A stretch of DNA of 64,000 nucleotides from Euglena gracilis (Eukaryota). A model generated the notes under the pieces. It did no database searches, had not been told where the DNA came from, and saw only the letters and a program-made list of their open reading frames with translations. Made by a program: the position numbers and the translations under genes. This document shows positions 1 to 11,500 of the stretch, piece after piece; the first letter of the stretch is position 1, and the number at the start of each line of letters is the position of its first letter. The stretch covers positions 23,138,954 to 23,202,953 of the forward strand of contig CP154954.1 of the NCBI GenBank assembly GCA_039621445.1, written 5' to 3'.

Positions 1-3000
1 TCTGTGGCTTGCCCAAGCAAAACTTGGAATTTTTCCACATCACAGAGCTTTGGTTTTGGAAACCCCCGAGCTGACATTTTGTTTGGTGTGCGTGATTTCA
101 GAAAACGGCGACACTCAAACACTTCAAAAAATTTGCCCCAAGAGGGGGGCACGGCCCATTTGCACAAATTCGGTTTCGAACTACCTTTGAGTGGGTTTGA
201 TCAAAGAAGTCGCTTTTTAGATGACCGAACCCTGAATTTTTTGCACAAAAATTTGAACGTGTCCGAAGCAACCCTCCAATCCATCCGACGGATGATAATT
301 GCAAGGGAGGGGGGGGATGCAAAAAATGAAGAGGAGGAAGATGAGGATGAAGGCAAGTTAAGGCTATTAAGGGAGGAAATTCAACAAAAGTATGAAGGAA
401 CGGTTTTTAGGTTAACGGTATACCCGGACCCACCCGTAAGGGGACCCTATGGGTATGCTTTTATACCTTTGAAGGAAGGAGCAACACCAACTTGACAAAA
501 ACCATTCTTCATGCACGGGGAGGGAAAAGAAGCTTTGGAAAAAATCACTCAAGATTGGATCGATATGAAATTCATAGAGCCAGCCACAACAAAAAATTCG
601 GAATGGCTCTCACAAACTTTCCCTGTGCCCAAAAAGTCTCCCGATTTTCCTTGGAGGGGGGTTGTTGACATGAGGGGACCCAATAGCCAAACCCGTAGGT
701 GCAACTACCCTCTTCCGAAAATTGAAGATATCCTGGTGAAGCATGGTGGCAACCAAATGTTCTCCATTTTGGACTTAAAACAAGCATTCCACCAACAACA
801 GCTTCACCCGGATAGCCGGCCAATAACTTGCTCCTTCACACCAAAGGGTCTCTACCAATGGAGGGTCAATGTAATGGGGTTAACTAACGCCTCACAACAA
901 TTTCAACAAATGATGGACGAGAGGCTAGCACCCGTAAGGGACATAGCAACCCCATACATAGATGATATTTTGGTAGGGACAACCGTTGGGGAGGGGGAAG
1001 ACCTCCTAGAGGCACACAAACGGGATTTGTGCCGAGTTTTGGATTTGTTGGCCAAATAATTTTTTGTGGTGGACCCCAAAAAAGCAAAATTGCTCATCAA
1101 AAAAGTGGAGTTTTGTGGCCAAATTTTGGGTCATGGTGCCCGATGGCCAGCACCGGGCAAACTTCGTGCCATTGAGAAATGGGAGGTTCCCACAACCATT
1201 ACCGCTTTAAGAGCTTTCCTTGGTTTTACCAACTACTACAACGCATACATCCATATGTATGCTCAAATTGCTACACCGTTGCAAGACAAATTGAAGGTGC
1301 CTAGGGATGTTGGTAAAAAGGGAAGCAAGAAAAGAGTTGAATTTGGGGAAGGGGATCTCCAAGCGTTTGAGGAGTTGCAGAAGCGTCTGTGTTCGGGCTT
1401 AATCACACAACGTGTAGACCCCGATAAACCCTTTGTATTAAGGGTAGATGCAAGTGAGTGCGCCGTGGGGGCTACACTAGAACAACTAAAGGAAGGAAAT
1501 GGTAAGCCCACACCCCAGGATGTGATGGATAAGAAAACGGTGCGTATTACCTTCATGTCCCGAAAACTTACCGTGGGGCCAAGGAAATGGACCCCTTGTG
1601 AGTTGGAGACTTATGCCATAATTTTGGCTCTCCAAAAATGGGAAAGTTAGATCGGTCTTCAACCCGTTTTGATGTTAACTGACCACCAAAGTTTGTGGGC
1701 ATGGTCAAAAGAGGTGCTCGATACCCCCAGTGGTCCGGTGGGTAGGAGGGCACGATGGCACCAGATTTTTTCAAAATATGATTTGACGGTGGGGTACATA
1801 CCGGGTAAAGAAAACACAATTGCCGACATTTTGAGTCGGTGGGCTTACCCGGCCTCACGAGCATTAAGGGACGTAAGCAAACACGGTTCAACCGAGTATA
1901 AGGAAGAAATGGAGGAACTCATAAGAGAGGAAAGGGAAGACGAAAGAAATTGTTTGTGGATTAGAGTGAAAAATCAGCCCAACAACCGTAACACGTGGGT
2001 TAGAGGGGTGATAACTGGTAGCGGCAAATTTGTGGAACCAAAAGATTCTATGGATAGCATGCAAGAGAAGGGAACCGAGGGTGTAGAAAATCCGGGAGGT
2101 ATAGACATTACCGTTGACACACACTCACAAGGGCTCAGGTCCAAGGGGAAAAAGGACAAAACGTTGAGAGTCACTTTTTGGGACGGAATGGATCCCGCGG
2201 GTAATTTGGTGACCGACCCAAAACTTTCATCCAATGAGTTACCGAGGGGGGGAACGTGCACGGGAGAAGGTGAGGCCACACCAACTCCAAGTGTAACCCC
2301 CAAGAAAACAAATTCGGGTTGGGAGCAAGATTGGGTCGTTGCATACACTTTGTGTCCCACGTGGAAAAAGATTTGGCAAGCGACACCAGAAAATGGTGAG
2401 TGGCCTAAGGGGGTGAAGGTGCACAAGAACCAAGTGTTTCAAGAGGAGAAGTTGTGCATTCCACTAAGTTTTCAAGAAATGATCATCCTTGAAAACCACA
2501 AATTTCTTGGACACGTTGGTCCGGAAAAGGTGTGGAGGCACGTCAATTTGAGGTATGCATGGGCTGATAAGAAGAAGGCAAAAGTTTTCACCGGCAGTTG
2601 TAGCAAAAATTGCACAACATGTCAAGCAAGCTCGAGGGTGGAGACATTGAAAGGACCCATTGACTCAACACCCATACCACCCGCACCCATGGTAAGTGTG
2701 GCTATCGATCTTTTCAAAATGCCAAAGGTGTTGTACGAGGGGGGGGAGTACAACACAATGGCCGTTTGCGTGGACCGACATTCCGGTTTGATTGTAGCCA
2801 TACCGTGTTTTGATAAGGGATTAACGGTGCAAAATTGGCCAAGGAAATGCTTAAAGCCCAATGGAAACCCTTTGGAGTCCCGTCAAAAATTTCAAGTGAC
2901 CAAGGGAGCCATTTTGTCAACACGTGGTGACAAACCATGTGTTCGCTCATGGGAATTCGACAGGATTTTCCCAAGATTACCACCACCAAGCAAATGGGAG

Positions 3001-3843
3001 GGTGGAGAGAGCCGGCCAACAAATTATGGAAATCCTCCGAAAGTTTTTTGTGGAGGAAAAAATGAATTGGGTGGAAGCACTTCCCTAAGTTTCGGATCGC
3101 ATTCATGACACCAAGGGGGAGACTGGTTTTAGTCCTTACGAAATTTTGTTTGGAAGGGATAGAACCATTGGGGGAATACCCTGTCAAACACCGAAGGAGT
3201 GTGAGGACGCTCAAAGTTTCTTTCGCCGAATAAAGGAGGTGGATGAGAAAGTTGCTAAGGTTCTCGAAATCTACGCACATTGGGTTCAAGCGAGTTGGGT
3301 CAACCAAGGGAGGAGGGAGTTGGTACCCTTAAAATTGGGAACCCAGTGTGGTACAGGAGACCCGAAGGATCCGGAGAAAAATTGGATTCCAGATGGATTG
3401 GACCTGGGATTATTAAAGCCCGGGAGGGGGAGAGGAGTTACATTACGGAAATTAAACACGGGATGGAAATGAAGGTTCATCGTAGTTTCCTTAAGGAGAA
3501 CAAAGAGCCTGAAATTTTTGGTGAGGGGGTGCCTTTGTTCTTTTTCAAGAGGACCGAAAAAGAAGAGGAAGCAATGCCTGATGAGTGGGAGGTGGAAAAA
3601 ATTCTGAACCACCGAAAGAAGAGGGGAACCTGGGAATTCCTCACGAAATGTGTTGGTTACAATGAGGGGGAGGAAACCTGGCAGTCGGTGATGAATTTCA
3701 TACACCGATTTAGTGAGGAGTTGATGAGGAATTGCACGAAGAAAAACCTAGGGGTCGATTTGTCGTCGGAATTGAAAAAAATCTTTGAAACCCTAGTGAG
3801 CCGAAAGTTGAAGGCTCGGTCCATTTTGTTTGTTTTTTTTTGA
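1..3843 (+). pseudogene. pol: Element A: Ty3/Gypsy pol (RT-RNaseH-integrase-chromodomain), 5' part outside the window, with stops and frameshifts
   Basis: RT: WRGVVDMR, LDLKQAFHQ, YIDD. RNaseH: LRVDAS, ETYAI, LTDHQSL. Integrase: H..GH...CTTCQ, VAIDLF, CVDRHSG. Chromodomain: WEVEKILNHR..FLTK..ETW. In-frame stops at ~493, 1057 and 1648. Confidence 0.95.
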
Positions 3844-4565
3844 TCGGGGAGGCCAAATGTTTGAGGCTCTTGTTTTGAGTTGTGCCAAGTGCTGTTTCGG
3901 CGAGTTATTTGTGTGCTTGTGCATTGCTTATGTGCATCATACCTTTTGTTTTTGACTCCGCAACTCTCATATGTTTTGATTTTTGAAGCATGTGATGAAT
4001 TTGATTTCTCTCTCTTCTTCTTCTGAATCGGTGTTGCTGGGGGAACTCCTTGGGGGGAACTCCTTGCCGACCCGAGAGTGTGTGCTTGTGGGGGAAGTGT
4101 GTTGTCAGTCGGTGTGGGCGCGTGTGTTGTCAGTCTGTGTTGCGGTGTCGCCCCAGGCTGGCAGGTGGGGCATCGTCAGGGGTGACGACGCTGCCAACCC
4201 TCGTCCCCGACCGCTCTTGTTTGTGTGGTGCAGACCGTTACAAATGAGCTCTGCGTCACCCTCCCGGGGGGTGGGGGAGGGGGGGGCTGAAAAAAACCGG
4301 CCCCAAAAACAAGGCAGCGCGGGACGGAAAAATGGTCCACTACCTACAGGGCACCCTCCGGGACAGCACCCTTTGGGGAGGGCGAGACAAGGCCCTTTCG
4401 GTGTGGAAAGAGGCAAAAATTGCCGAAAAATACGGACGGCACCCGAAGGCTTGGGGCGCGAGTACCCAAATTAAGCCGCCGGTCCTGGGGTCGCAGCACC
4501 AACCCCTGGGGGAGGGGGTGGCCTGAGCCGCCGGTTGCTCAGCAGAACTGCCGCGGGTTTAGCCC

Positions 4566-4570
<5 letters not shown>

Positions 4571-4636
<66 letters not shown>

Positions 4637-4644
4637 TCTCTCTC
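4571..4644. repeat. (CT)n microsatellite
   Basis: Uninterrupted TC dinucleotide run of ~60 bp plus a short imperfect tail. Confidence 0.99.
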
Positions 4645-5961
4645 CATGCATATTTTGTGCTTGCTCTTCTCTTTCGATTTGCTCCCACAGGTTTTGAGGA
4701 TTTGGAGGCTCCAAGCACACCCAAGGGAGCCCCAAGGGAAAAGTGCGAGAGGACCACCGCAGGAAGGAGGCGAGCATCCTACGCAAGCAAGGAGGCGAGA
4801 CAAGGAGACGAGACAGGGAGATGACATGAGGGGACGAGACAAGGAGATGAAACCTTTTGATCCAACCAACCGAATACACCACCACCCAACTTGTCCATAG
4901 CCCAGCCCCGTTGGGGCTTTCCTCTTTATAGACGGCCCCAACACCCGCAACCCGAGCCCCGAACCCCACTGCCTATATTTCTCACCCCAACCTGACCTCA
5001 ACTTCCCATACCGTGAATGGAAAGAGGGACCGAAGGATTTGGAATATTTTCCCTCAATGTCGAGCCATAGCCCCTGTAGGAGAGCTGCCCAAATCTTTGG
5101 AGTTTTGATGATTTACTTGGATCCCGAGTCATTGGTGAATGTTGCAAGGGTGAAGAAGCCTCACCTTCTCCGTGGATGTGGAGGGGGGGACTGAATTTCT
5201 CCGATTTTTGGGTGAGCTCCCTCCAAACGTGTTTCGGTCGAGAGCGGGGGGCGCCCATTCCCATGCCCGTGTCCAAAGGATTGTGGAATGGAGACCGCCT
5301 TATTTTTCAGTTGATGTATGATACACCACGCGACGACCTGTGAATGGTTATTTTTTAAGTGAGTTTCACCGGATTTCACTCATGGAGGGTTGGTTGCATT
5401 TCGGATGTCCACCAAGATTGTGTAGTGCAAGAGAATGTCCAATCCAAGAATTCGAGTTTTTTGGTGAGCCATGAGAAAGTAAGTCACAAGCACCGGGGGG
5501 GGGGGCTGTCCGAACTCTCCCCAAGCGGTCACGCCAAATGTTCGGGGGCGGGAGCCAAAATTTTCTCTCCAACATTTTCCCCCGGGGTGCAAAAAGTCAG
5601 AACTCTCCCCACGATTTTTCTTATTCGGGGGGGGGGGGCGCTAGCCCAGTTTTCATTTATATTTGGAATGACATTCACGGAGTTCATGGCACTTTTTCTC
5701 TTCGCGTTTTTATGCACCCAACCGGTGGGGAGGGGCTTCGATTTTTTAAGGGGATGTTTTCGCATTTTTTTTGTGGAGCCGCTAAGTGGTGCCGTGTGCC
5801 TTGTTTTTGTGACAAGGCAACACCAAGCGAGGGGCATAGGCGTTTCATCATTCTCTTTCTCAAGACATTGTGAATGATTCTCATTTGCTTTCGTTTCATT
5901 CTGAATTTTTTTCATTTCTTCGCTTTTTTATTCAATTTTCATTTTATGAGGGTCCGACTAA

Positions 5962-6003
5962 TGTCGCAAGGGTGTTGACTGTCGGGGGGCGTCCGACAGT
6001 CAA
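5962..6003 (+). other. Possible degenerate PPT / 3' LTR start of element A, with an 11-bp perfect hairpin
   Basis: GTCGCAAGGGTGT-TGAC resembles the element C junction GTCGCAAGGGGGGAG-TGAC. TTGACTGTCGG (5975-5985) pairs with CCGACAGTCAA (5993-6003). No partner LTR in the window. Confidence 0.3.
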
Positions 6004-6549
6004 AAATGGCAGGGCGGAAGCTTTTGAAAACACGCATTTTTTCATTCGGCGCAGAACGCGCGATCTATAGGAAAAGCCTAATTTGAGGTTCCAATTCAGC
6101 ACAATTTGCTTCGCAGACTTTTGTGGGTTTCTTTGTTGCATACAATTGAGAATGGAAGTCGTCCAGAATTATTTCATTGAAGAATTGTCATTTTTGAGAA
6201 TTTCAAGTTCAAAGGCCAGGTCCCACCTTTCCTCATTCACGGTGTGCCATTGTTGCTTTTTGACCACCAATTCAGTGAACAAAACACCACCATTACCCAT
6301 TCTCAATGTTTTGCATGCCGGAAGAAAGGGGGAGTGAAATGGCCTCATGGGGATCAAAGTTTGGAGAAACGTTTTCATTGGAGCGGAATTTTGATTTTGT
6401 ACAAGATTTCCACGAAAAAGCTAATTCGATCCTACGCACTCCCCTCTGGTCGGGGGGTGTACCAGTGGGCGAAACGGGGGGTGGCCTGAGCCCTCCACCA
6501 CCCGGAAAAACACTGGGCCCTGGCCGGGGAACGGCAGCCCCAGGGGTGA

Positions 6550-7400
6550 GTGATGGGCAGGAGTCAGCCGGCCAGGGGGCTGGGGTTTCTTTCCGACACC
6601 CGCAGGGCGGGGGCGCCCGGGGTAAACACACTGGAGAAGGCAGCACAACTCGCCCAGGAGGCTGTGGGTGAGGGGGAGCCGGTAACAGTCAGGGCACACC
6701 GGGACTCCTTCCTCATCAAGCTCTACAGCCCGCGGGCGCTGGAGAGGCTGATGACGAGGAACGGGGCCACGCTGCAGGGGGGGCAGTACAGTGAAAATCA
6801 CCCCCCACGAAACAAAACTGGCACCGGAGGTGGTCTTTCGACGTGCTGAAAATGAGCTGCGGTGCCAGGAACGGTCTGACAGCTATGGCCGTTCTTGGGG
6901 TGGACGGGTGGCCCCAGCACACCAGGAGGACCACTGGGCTGGGGGCCTCGACAATTTTTCAGTCTCCGAAGTAAAATCCCAGGAATCCAGGTCAGCCCAG
7001 CCCCAGAAAACCATTTCACCGACAGCTGAGGGAGGAGAAAAAGCGGGACCCCCCAAAGGACCTGATGGGCCACAGGACAGGCAATCACGGCACCGGGGCG
7101 GGTCACCTGGAAAGGGACGGGAGGGACGCAGGTCACCCAGCCCGGGGTAAAAGGGGAAGGGGTTCGGCAAGGGAGCTGGCAAGTGCGGCCAAGAGTTTCG
7201 CCCAGCCAGGTCCACAACCCCTCACCAAGCCACCGACAGGGAACAAACCTCCCCGAGGAGCCCCCGGAATGGCCCCTCGGTGGACCAGCCCTGCAGCCAG
7301 TGCGGGGCCACAGATCACTGGTCTCGGGAATGCCCTGGAAAACAATGTTATGTGTGTGGAAAACGGGACATCTGGCACGATATTGCTGGTGGAGAAAGGG
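6550..7400 (+). pseudogene. gag: Element B gag fragment: RRM-like segment and zinc knuckles
   Basis: CSQCGATDHWSREC followed by CYVCGKR (ORF 7280). FLIKLYSPRALERLMTRNGATLQG aligns by eye with CLIYFRSSEEALKLTAVNGRKLQG of element C. Confidence 0.75.
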
Positions 7401-8114
7401 AAAGGGGAAAGGGGCGTCCCCAACCTCACGGCTGGGGAGTGCCTGAAAAAGCGGGGGCCAGAAGGGAGGGGACGTGGGCCCAGGGTGCCCCCAGCTCGGC
7501 CCTCGGAAGGAAGGTAAGGAACAGGCTCACGGAGAGGGATGGGTTTTTGTCAAGGGAAGGTCCAAAGGCAGATCCGGACCTGAACCTGCACGGTCCCCCC
7601 AGCCCCCCCTGACTGAGACACGAGAAGGGGCTGGGGGGGGGGAACAGCAGGCCCTCTCATTTGACTCTGCCAACCCCTGGGCTGTGCTTTCCACCGGCGA
7701 GGGCAGGCCAGGGGGGGCTCGGGTCGGAGTTCAGATTCCGGACAAAGGGAGAAGGGACACAAGGGGGCTGGCCCTCCGCAGCAGGCAGCCCAGGGGTCTT
7801 CGGGTTCCAGAACACCCAGTCTACCGCAGATAACAACACCAGGAATGGAGGGAAAACAAAACAAAACAAAAAAATAAAAAATAAAAAGACAAAACGCTCT
7901 CACAGGCATCAATCAGGGAGGCAGCGAGGGAGGTCATCAACGTTCCCCAAACCACCAAGGGCACGGATGAAACAGCCCCCAGCACGGAGAGGGTTTCAGG
8001 TTTTTCGATTCGCCAGGTGAGGTGCGCCAGGACCGCACCTTCCACATCAACTCCCACACCTCGGCAAGCCCCAGCACCAGTCCCAGCCCGTTCCTCAGGG
8101 TTTGGGAGGTCTCC

Positions 8115-8520
8115 CTCCTGGTGGATTTCCCAGGACTACCACGTCCGGGAGGAGTACGTCAGGGACGTACTCCTCCGCCTGGGAGTCTACCCGGAGGTCG
8201 ACGCCTTTTCTGCCAAAGAAAACCGCAGGTTTGTCCGCTGGTGGGGGCCAGGGAGCAGGGAGGGAGAAGATGCCTTCAAACAGGACCGGGGCAGGGAGTT
8301 TTTGTGGATGAACCCACCTTATAAAAAAATACATGAGGTTCTCGAAAAAATCAGGAGGGATCAGGCTCATGCCATCCTGGTTTCTCCCCAGATGGCCGGG
8401 CCGGCATTGGTACATGGAGGCCAGGGGCTTGGCAATGCCCCAGGTCACGTTCCCTCAGGGAACACGTTTTTTTGGCAGAGGGGAGGAGCTGTGCCGGGGG
8501 ACAAAAGTGGCCCATCACAG
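8115..8520 (+). pseudogene. DNA N6-adenine methyltransferase domain (phage/DIRS Dam-like), frameshifted near its C-terminus
   Basis: VDAFSAKEN.RF..WW, EDAFKQD, LWMNPPY (NPPY at 8311-8322), VLEKIRRDQAHAILV, then in another frame PRWPGRHWY. This matches the D.FA..N / DAF..dW / NPPY / lvvP.W...W pattern. Confidence 0.9.
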
Positions 8521-8654
8521 CTTTTTTGCTGTGTGGGCACCCAGACCGGTGCACGCTCGAGGAGGTGACACGAAGGGGGAGGGAGAAAAAAACCAGGTTC
8601 GGGACACAGTTTCAGGGCCACCCCCAGGGACCGGGGGGAGAGCGGACCAGCCCA

Positions 8655-9205
8655 GGCGGATGCTGGACCTGTTCTGCGGGACAGGTTCAGTGGGGGACGT
8701 CTACCGCGACCTGGGTTACCAGGTTACGTCGGTGGACGTGGACCCCAGGTGGCGGCCAGACATTTGTGTTGACGTCTTAAAGTGGAATCTTGAAAAAAGT
8801 TCCAGCCTGGGGATTTTAAGGTGGTGGTGTGCGGGGTCCCCTGCACCGAGTTAAGCCTGGACCTGACCACTAGGGAACGGGTTTTTTTAAAGTGGCTGAT
8901 CGGCTGGTGCAGCGGGCCCTGGCCATCATCCGGTACCTCCACCCACAGCGGTGGTGGCTGCAAAACCCCCGGTACGGGTATCTGCGGACCCGCAGCTGGT
9001 ACATGGCTGGGATCCCACACGTGGACGTGGATCACTGCCAGTATGCAGACTGGGGCTACCGGAAGCCCACCAGGATATGGGGCAGCCCCCATGCCTTGGG
9101 TCTGGGGCCACGGGTGTGTGACGGCCGGACCTGCCCCAACCTGGAGAGCCTGGTACCTGAAGGGGGACGGAAGGGACGGCACAAAATTCGGCTCGGCAGC
9201 AAACA
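8655..9205 (+). pseudogene. DNA C5-cytosine methyltransferase domain of element B (frameshifted)
   Basis: Motif I MLDLFCGTGS (8660), VTSVD, motif IV GVPC (~8833-8844), motif VI WWLQNP, then DHCQYADWGYRKPTRIW. Confidence 0.9.
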
Positions 9206-9219
9206 GCAAAACCTGCCCC

Positions 9220-9560
9220 TTCATCAACGCCGTCTTTGACACAGGGGCAGAGGTGAACCTGATCCGAAGAGGCACGCTGCCCAGCACATACCTCCTGCCT
9301 GCCCCCAAACCCCTGTCCTTGGTGACGGCCAGTGGAGCCAAGATGGAAGGGGGGAACGGGAGGCAACGCTTGACCTGATCCTCCGGCGGGAGGGAGGCCT
9401 GGGTCAGGGGGAGGGGCCCCTGTGGACTGCCCCAGCCTCCTTCTATGAGGCCGACATCCAGGTGGAGGCCATCATCGGCTTCCCGTGGCTGGAGGAAAAC
9501 CAGCTCGGGGTGATCCCACACCTCCGGGCCTTGGCACTGAGGGGGGAGCAGGCGGTCGTC
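9220..9560 (+). pseudogene. Retroviral-type aspartic protease of element B
   Basis: AVFDTGAEVNLI (DTG at 9238-9246). A downstream frame gives FYEADIQVEAIIGFPWL. Confidence 0.9.
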
Positions 9561-9795
9561 CTTCGGGGGCATGACACGGAGGGTGAGCAAGTTCAGCCAG
9601 CAGCCCATAAAAAGGCTCAGAAGCGGGTGAGAACATGAAAGTGGTGGAACAAGTCAGAGGGCTGCGGCTTGCTTTGCCAGAGGCAGCCCTGGGGGAGGAC
9701 ACCGAGGAGCCTGAATGGGAGGAAAAAACCCTGCACGAGGATGAGGCGACCCAGGAAAAAGTAGCCAAGGAACTCCGGCGGGCAGCCCCCCGAAG

Positions 9796-10901
9796 TGTTT
9801 CACACCCGTGCTGCCATGTCCCACGGCAGCACTGGGGTGAAGCGGAATCCCCCGCCCCGGGCCAGTTTCCGGCGTAGGATCGTTTTTTGGCTCCTTCCAG
9901 CCGACTTGTGTCGGAAATTTTTCCCCGTTCTGCACCCCCCTGTGGCCGAAACTGGGCCATCATTTCCAAGGAGGAACTTCCCAGTGGACCCTCCCCGACC
10001 CCTGAGGGGGGTGTCACTGGGATCTCCAAGGGGGGTGCCTTTGGGGTTTCAACCCCTCCCTGCTCAGCTGAACCAGTGAGAGCCAACACCCCCCCCCCCC
10101 CTGGGTGTCATTTCTCACAGTTTCTGGGCCAAAAAGGGGGTTTTGGGGTGAAAATTGGCCTGTGGTTGCCTGAGTTGAGGAGTCCCACCCCCCTGCCCCT
10201 TTTCCCACAGATGAGGTGGGGGGAAGACAAACCTCACCTTCTTCAATTGAGCTTTCTTGCTTGATTTGTTGTCCTTCCATTTGCAATTCCAATTGTAAAT
10301 CCAAGTTAAATGATTGAATGTAATTGGTCGTAATTGACACAACAAATTCAATGGTGAAACAAGTGAAGAGGAAAACCCTGTGAAAAGAAAATGATTTTGA
10401 TGCCCCTGATGGGCAGTTAAATTTAGGATTGAGTGCGCTGATTCCTAAGCGCTCTCAAATCCCAAATCCTTGCCCATTGCATCAAAATCAACGAACCCAA
10501 ATCAAGGTTTCCCCACTTGATTTTGATAAATTATGCTGAATTCCATCATTATTGAGCTTTGCAAACCTCTGCAAAAACTCCAGGAACTCAGGCGCCAGTC
10601 TCTTAAGAATTCTGTTCCAAGCGCTTGCAAGCGCTCTCACCAAATCCAACATTTTCCCTTAAAACCAAATGAAAAATGCATAAAAAGCTTAACATTATGC
10701 TAAATAGACCCAAAATCACCATTTGGGAATACCTAACATCACTCGTTCTCTCTCCTTCAAAAACCAAACCATGGGCGCCCTAGGAGAGGGAATTTTAATG
10801 GAAATCTTTAGAAAGCCTGAAAATTAGAGCAGAACCGCCCTCAAAAGGCCTTCTAAAAGGAAAATCTCCGCCGCCCGGCGGTCGACCTCAAAAGGTCGTC
10901 A
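9796..10901 (-). repeat. Element C LTR 1 (3' LTR)
   Basis: Reads TGTTTCACACCC...GGTCGTCA on the + strand. Adjacent CTCCCCCCTT is the PPT on the minus strand. Confidence 0.96.
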
Positions 10902-10911
10902 CTCCCCCCTT
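10902..10911 (-). promoter_or_regulatory. Polypurine tract, unit 1
   Basis: AAGGGGGGAG immediately upstream of the 3' LTR on the minus strand. Confidence 0.9.
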
Positions 10912-11259
10912 GCGACGAAAGACGGGGGTTTCACCCCCCCTCCTTCTCGCTTTCCTTGGGATGGGAATGAAAGACACTTTGAATTTTTGTAACGCAATTG
11001 CGATAACATTGTTCGGCAACGTGAATAGGTTGTGGCGTAACGGTGAGGAGGAATCTATAACCCATAGATCCCGTTCCACCACACCGAGCCCCCCCCCCCT
11101 CCACGGTTCTCACCACCGTGAAAGGAAGTGGGGGTCCAACACCACAAAAAAATTCTTTTTGAGTGGATAAGAAGCACCCCCCCCCCCCACGGTATTCCCA
11201 ACCGTGAAGGGAATGGAGGGTCCATTATTACCAAAAATCCTTTCGGTGATAGATGAAAA

Positions 11260-11500
11260 TCAGCCCCCCCCCCCTAGGGGAAGGCCTTGGGGAAAAGCTT
11301 GCCCCCCCCCCCCCCCTGGCGAGAGGTGGGCTTGACTTGCCCCCCCCCCCCGAGGGGAAGGACTTGGGGAAAAGATTGCCCCCACCGGGGAAGAGTTGGG
11401 CTTGACTTGCCCCTCCCCCCCCGAGGGGAAAGCCTTGGGCAACCGCCCCCCCCCCCCGGCAAAGGGAGGGCTTGCCTTGGCCCCCCCCGGCGGGGAGGTT
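11260..11500. repeat. C-run-rich degenerate tandem repeat (~55 bp, about 4 copies) in the 3' UTR; second copy at ~23160-23410
   Basis: Recurrent CCCCC.GAGGGGAA.G.CTTGGG and GGGCTTG.CTTGCCCC units. Confidence 0.8.

Larger units (their letters stand above)
6306..9795 (+). mobile_element. Element B, 5' half: gag - Dam-like MTase - C5 MTase - protease, interrupted by element C
   Basis: Domain order read across frameshifted ORFs. The sequence stops at GAAG (9792-9795) and resumes at GAAG (34723-34726), leading into RT. Confidence 0.9.

Noticed and set aside
4272-5000. Alternative PPT and LTR start for element A (GGGGGAGGGGGGGGC-TGAAAA at ~4288)
   Set aside because: No second LTR copy in the window to confirm it, and G runs are ubiquitous here, so it is not called as a feature.
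4420-5001. SL-repeat and RE-repeat ORFs
   Set aside because: These are translations of the CT microsatellite.
8115-8520. DIRS element as the source of the Dam domain
   Set aside because: No tyrosine recombinase seen. The host element has an aspartic protease and DDE integrase, and Dam lies upstream of RT rather than after RNaseH.
8115-9205. Bacterial restriction-modification system or prophage contamination
   Set aside because: No nuclease or operon context. The MTases are collinear with gag and protease and recur at the same position in another family.
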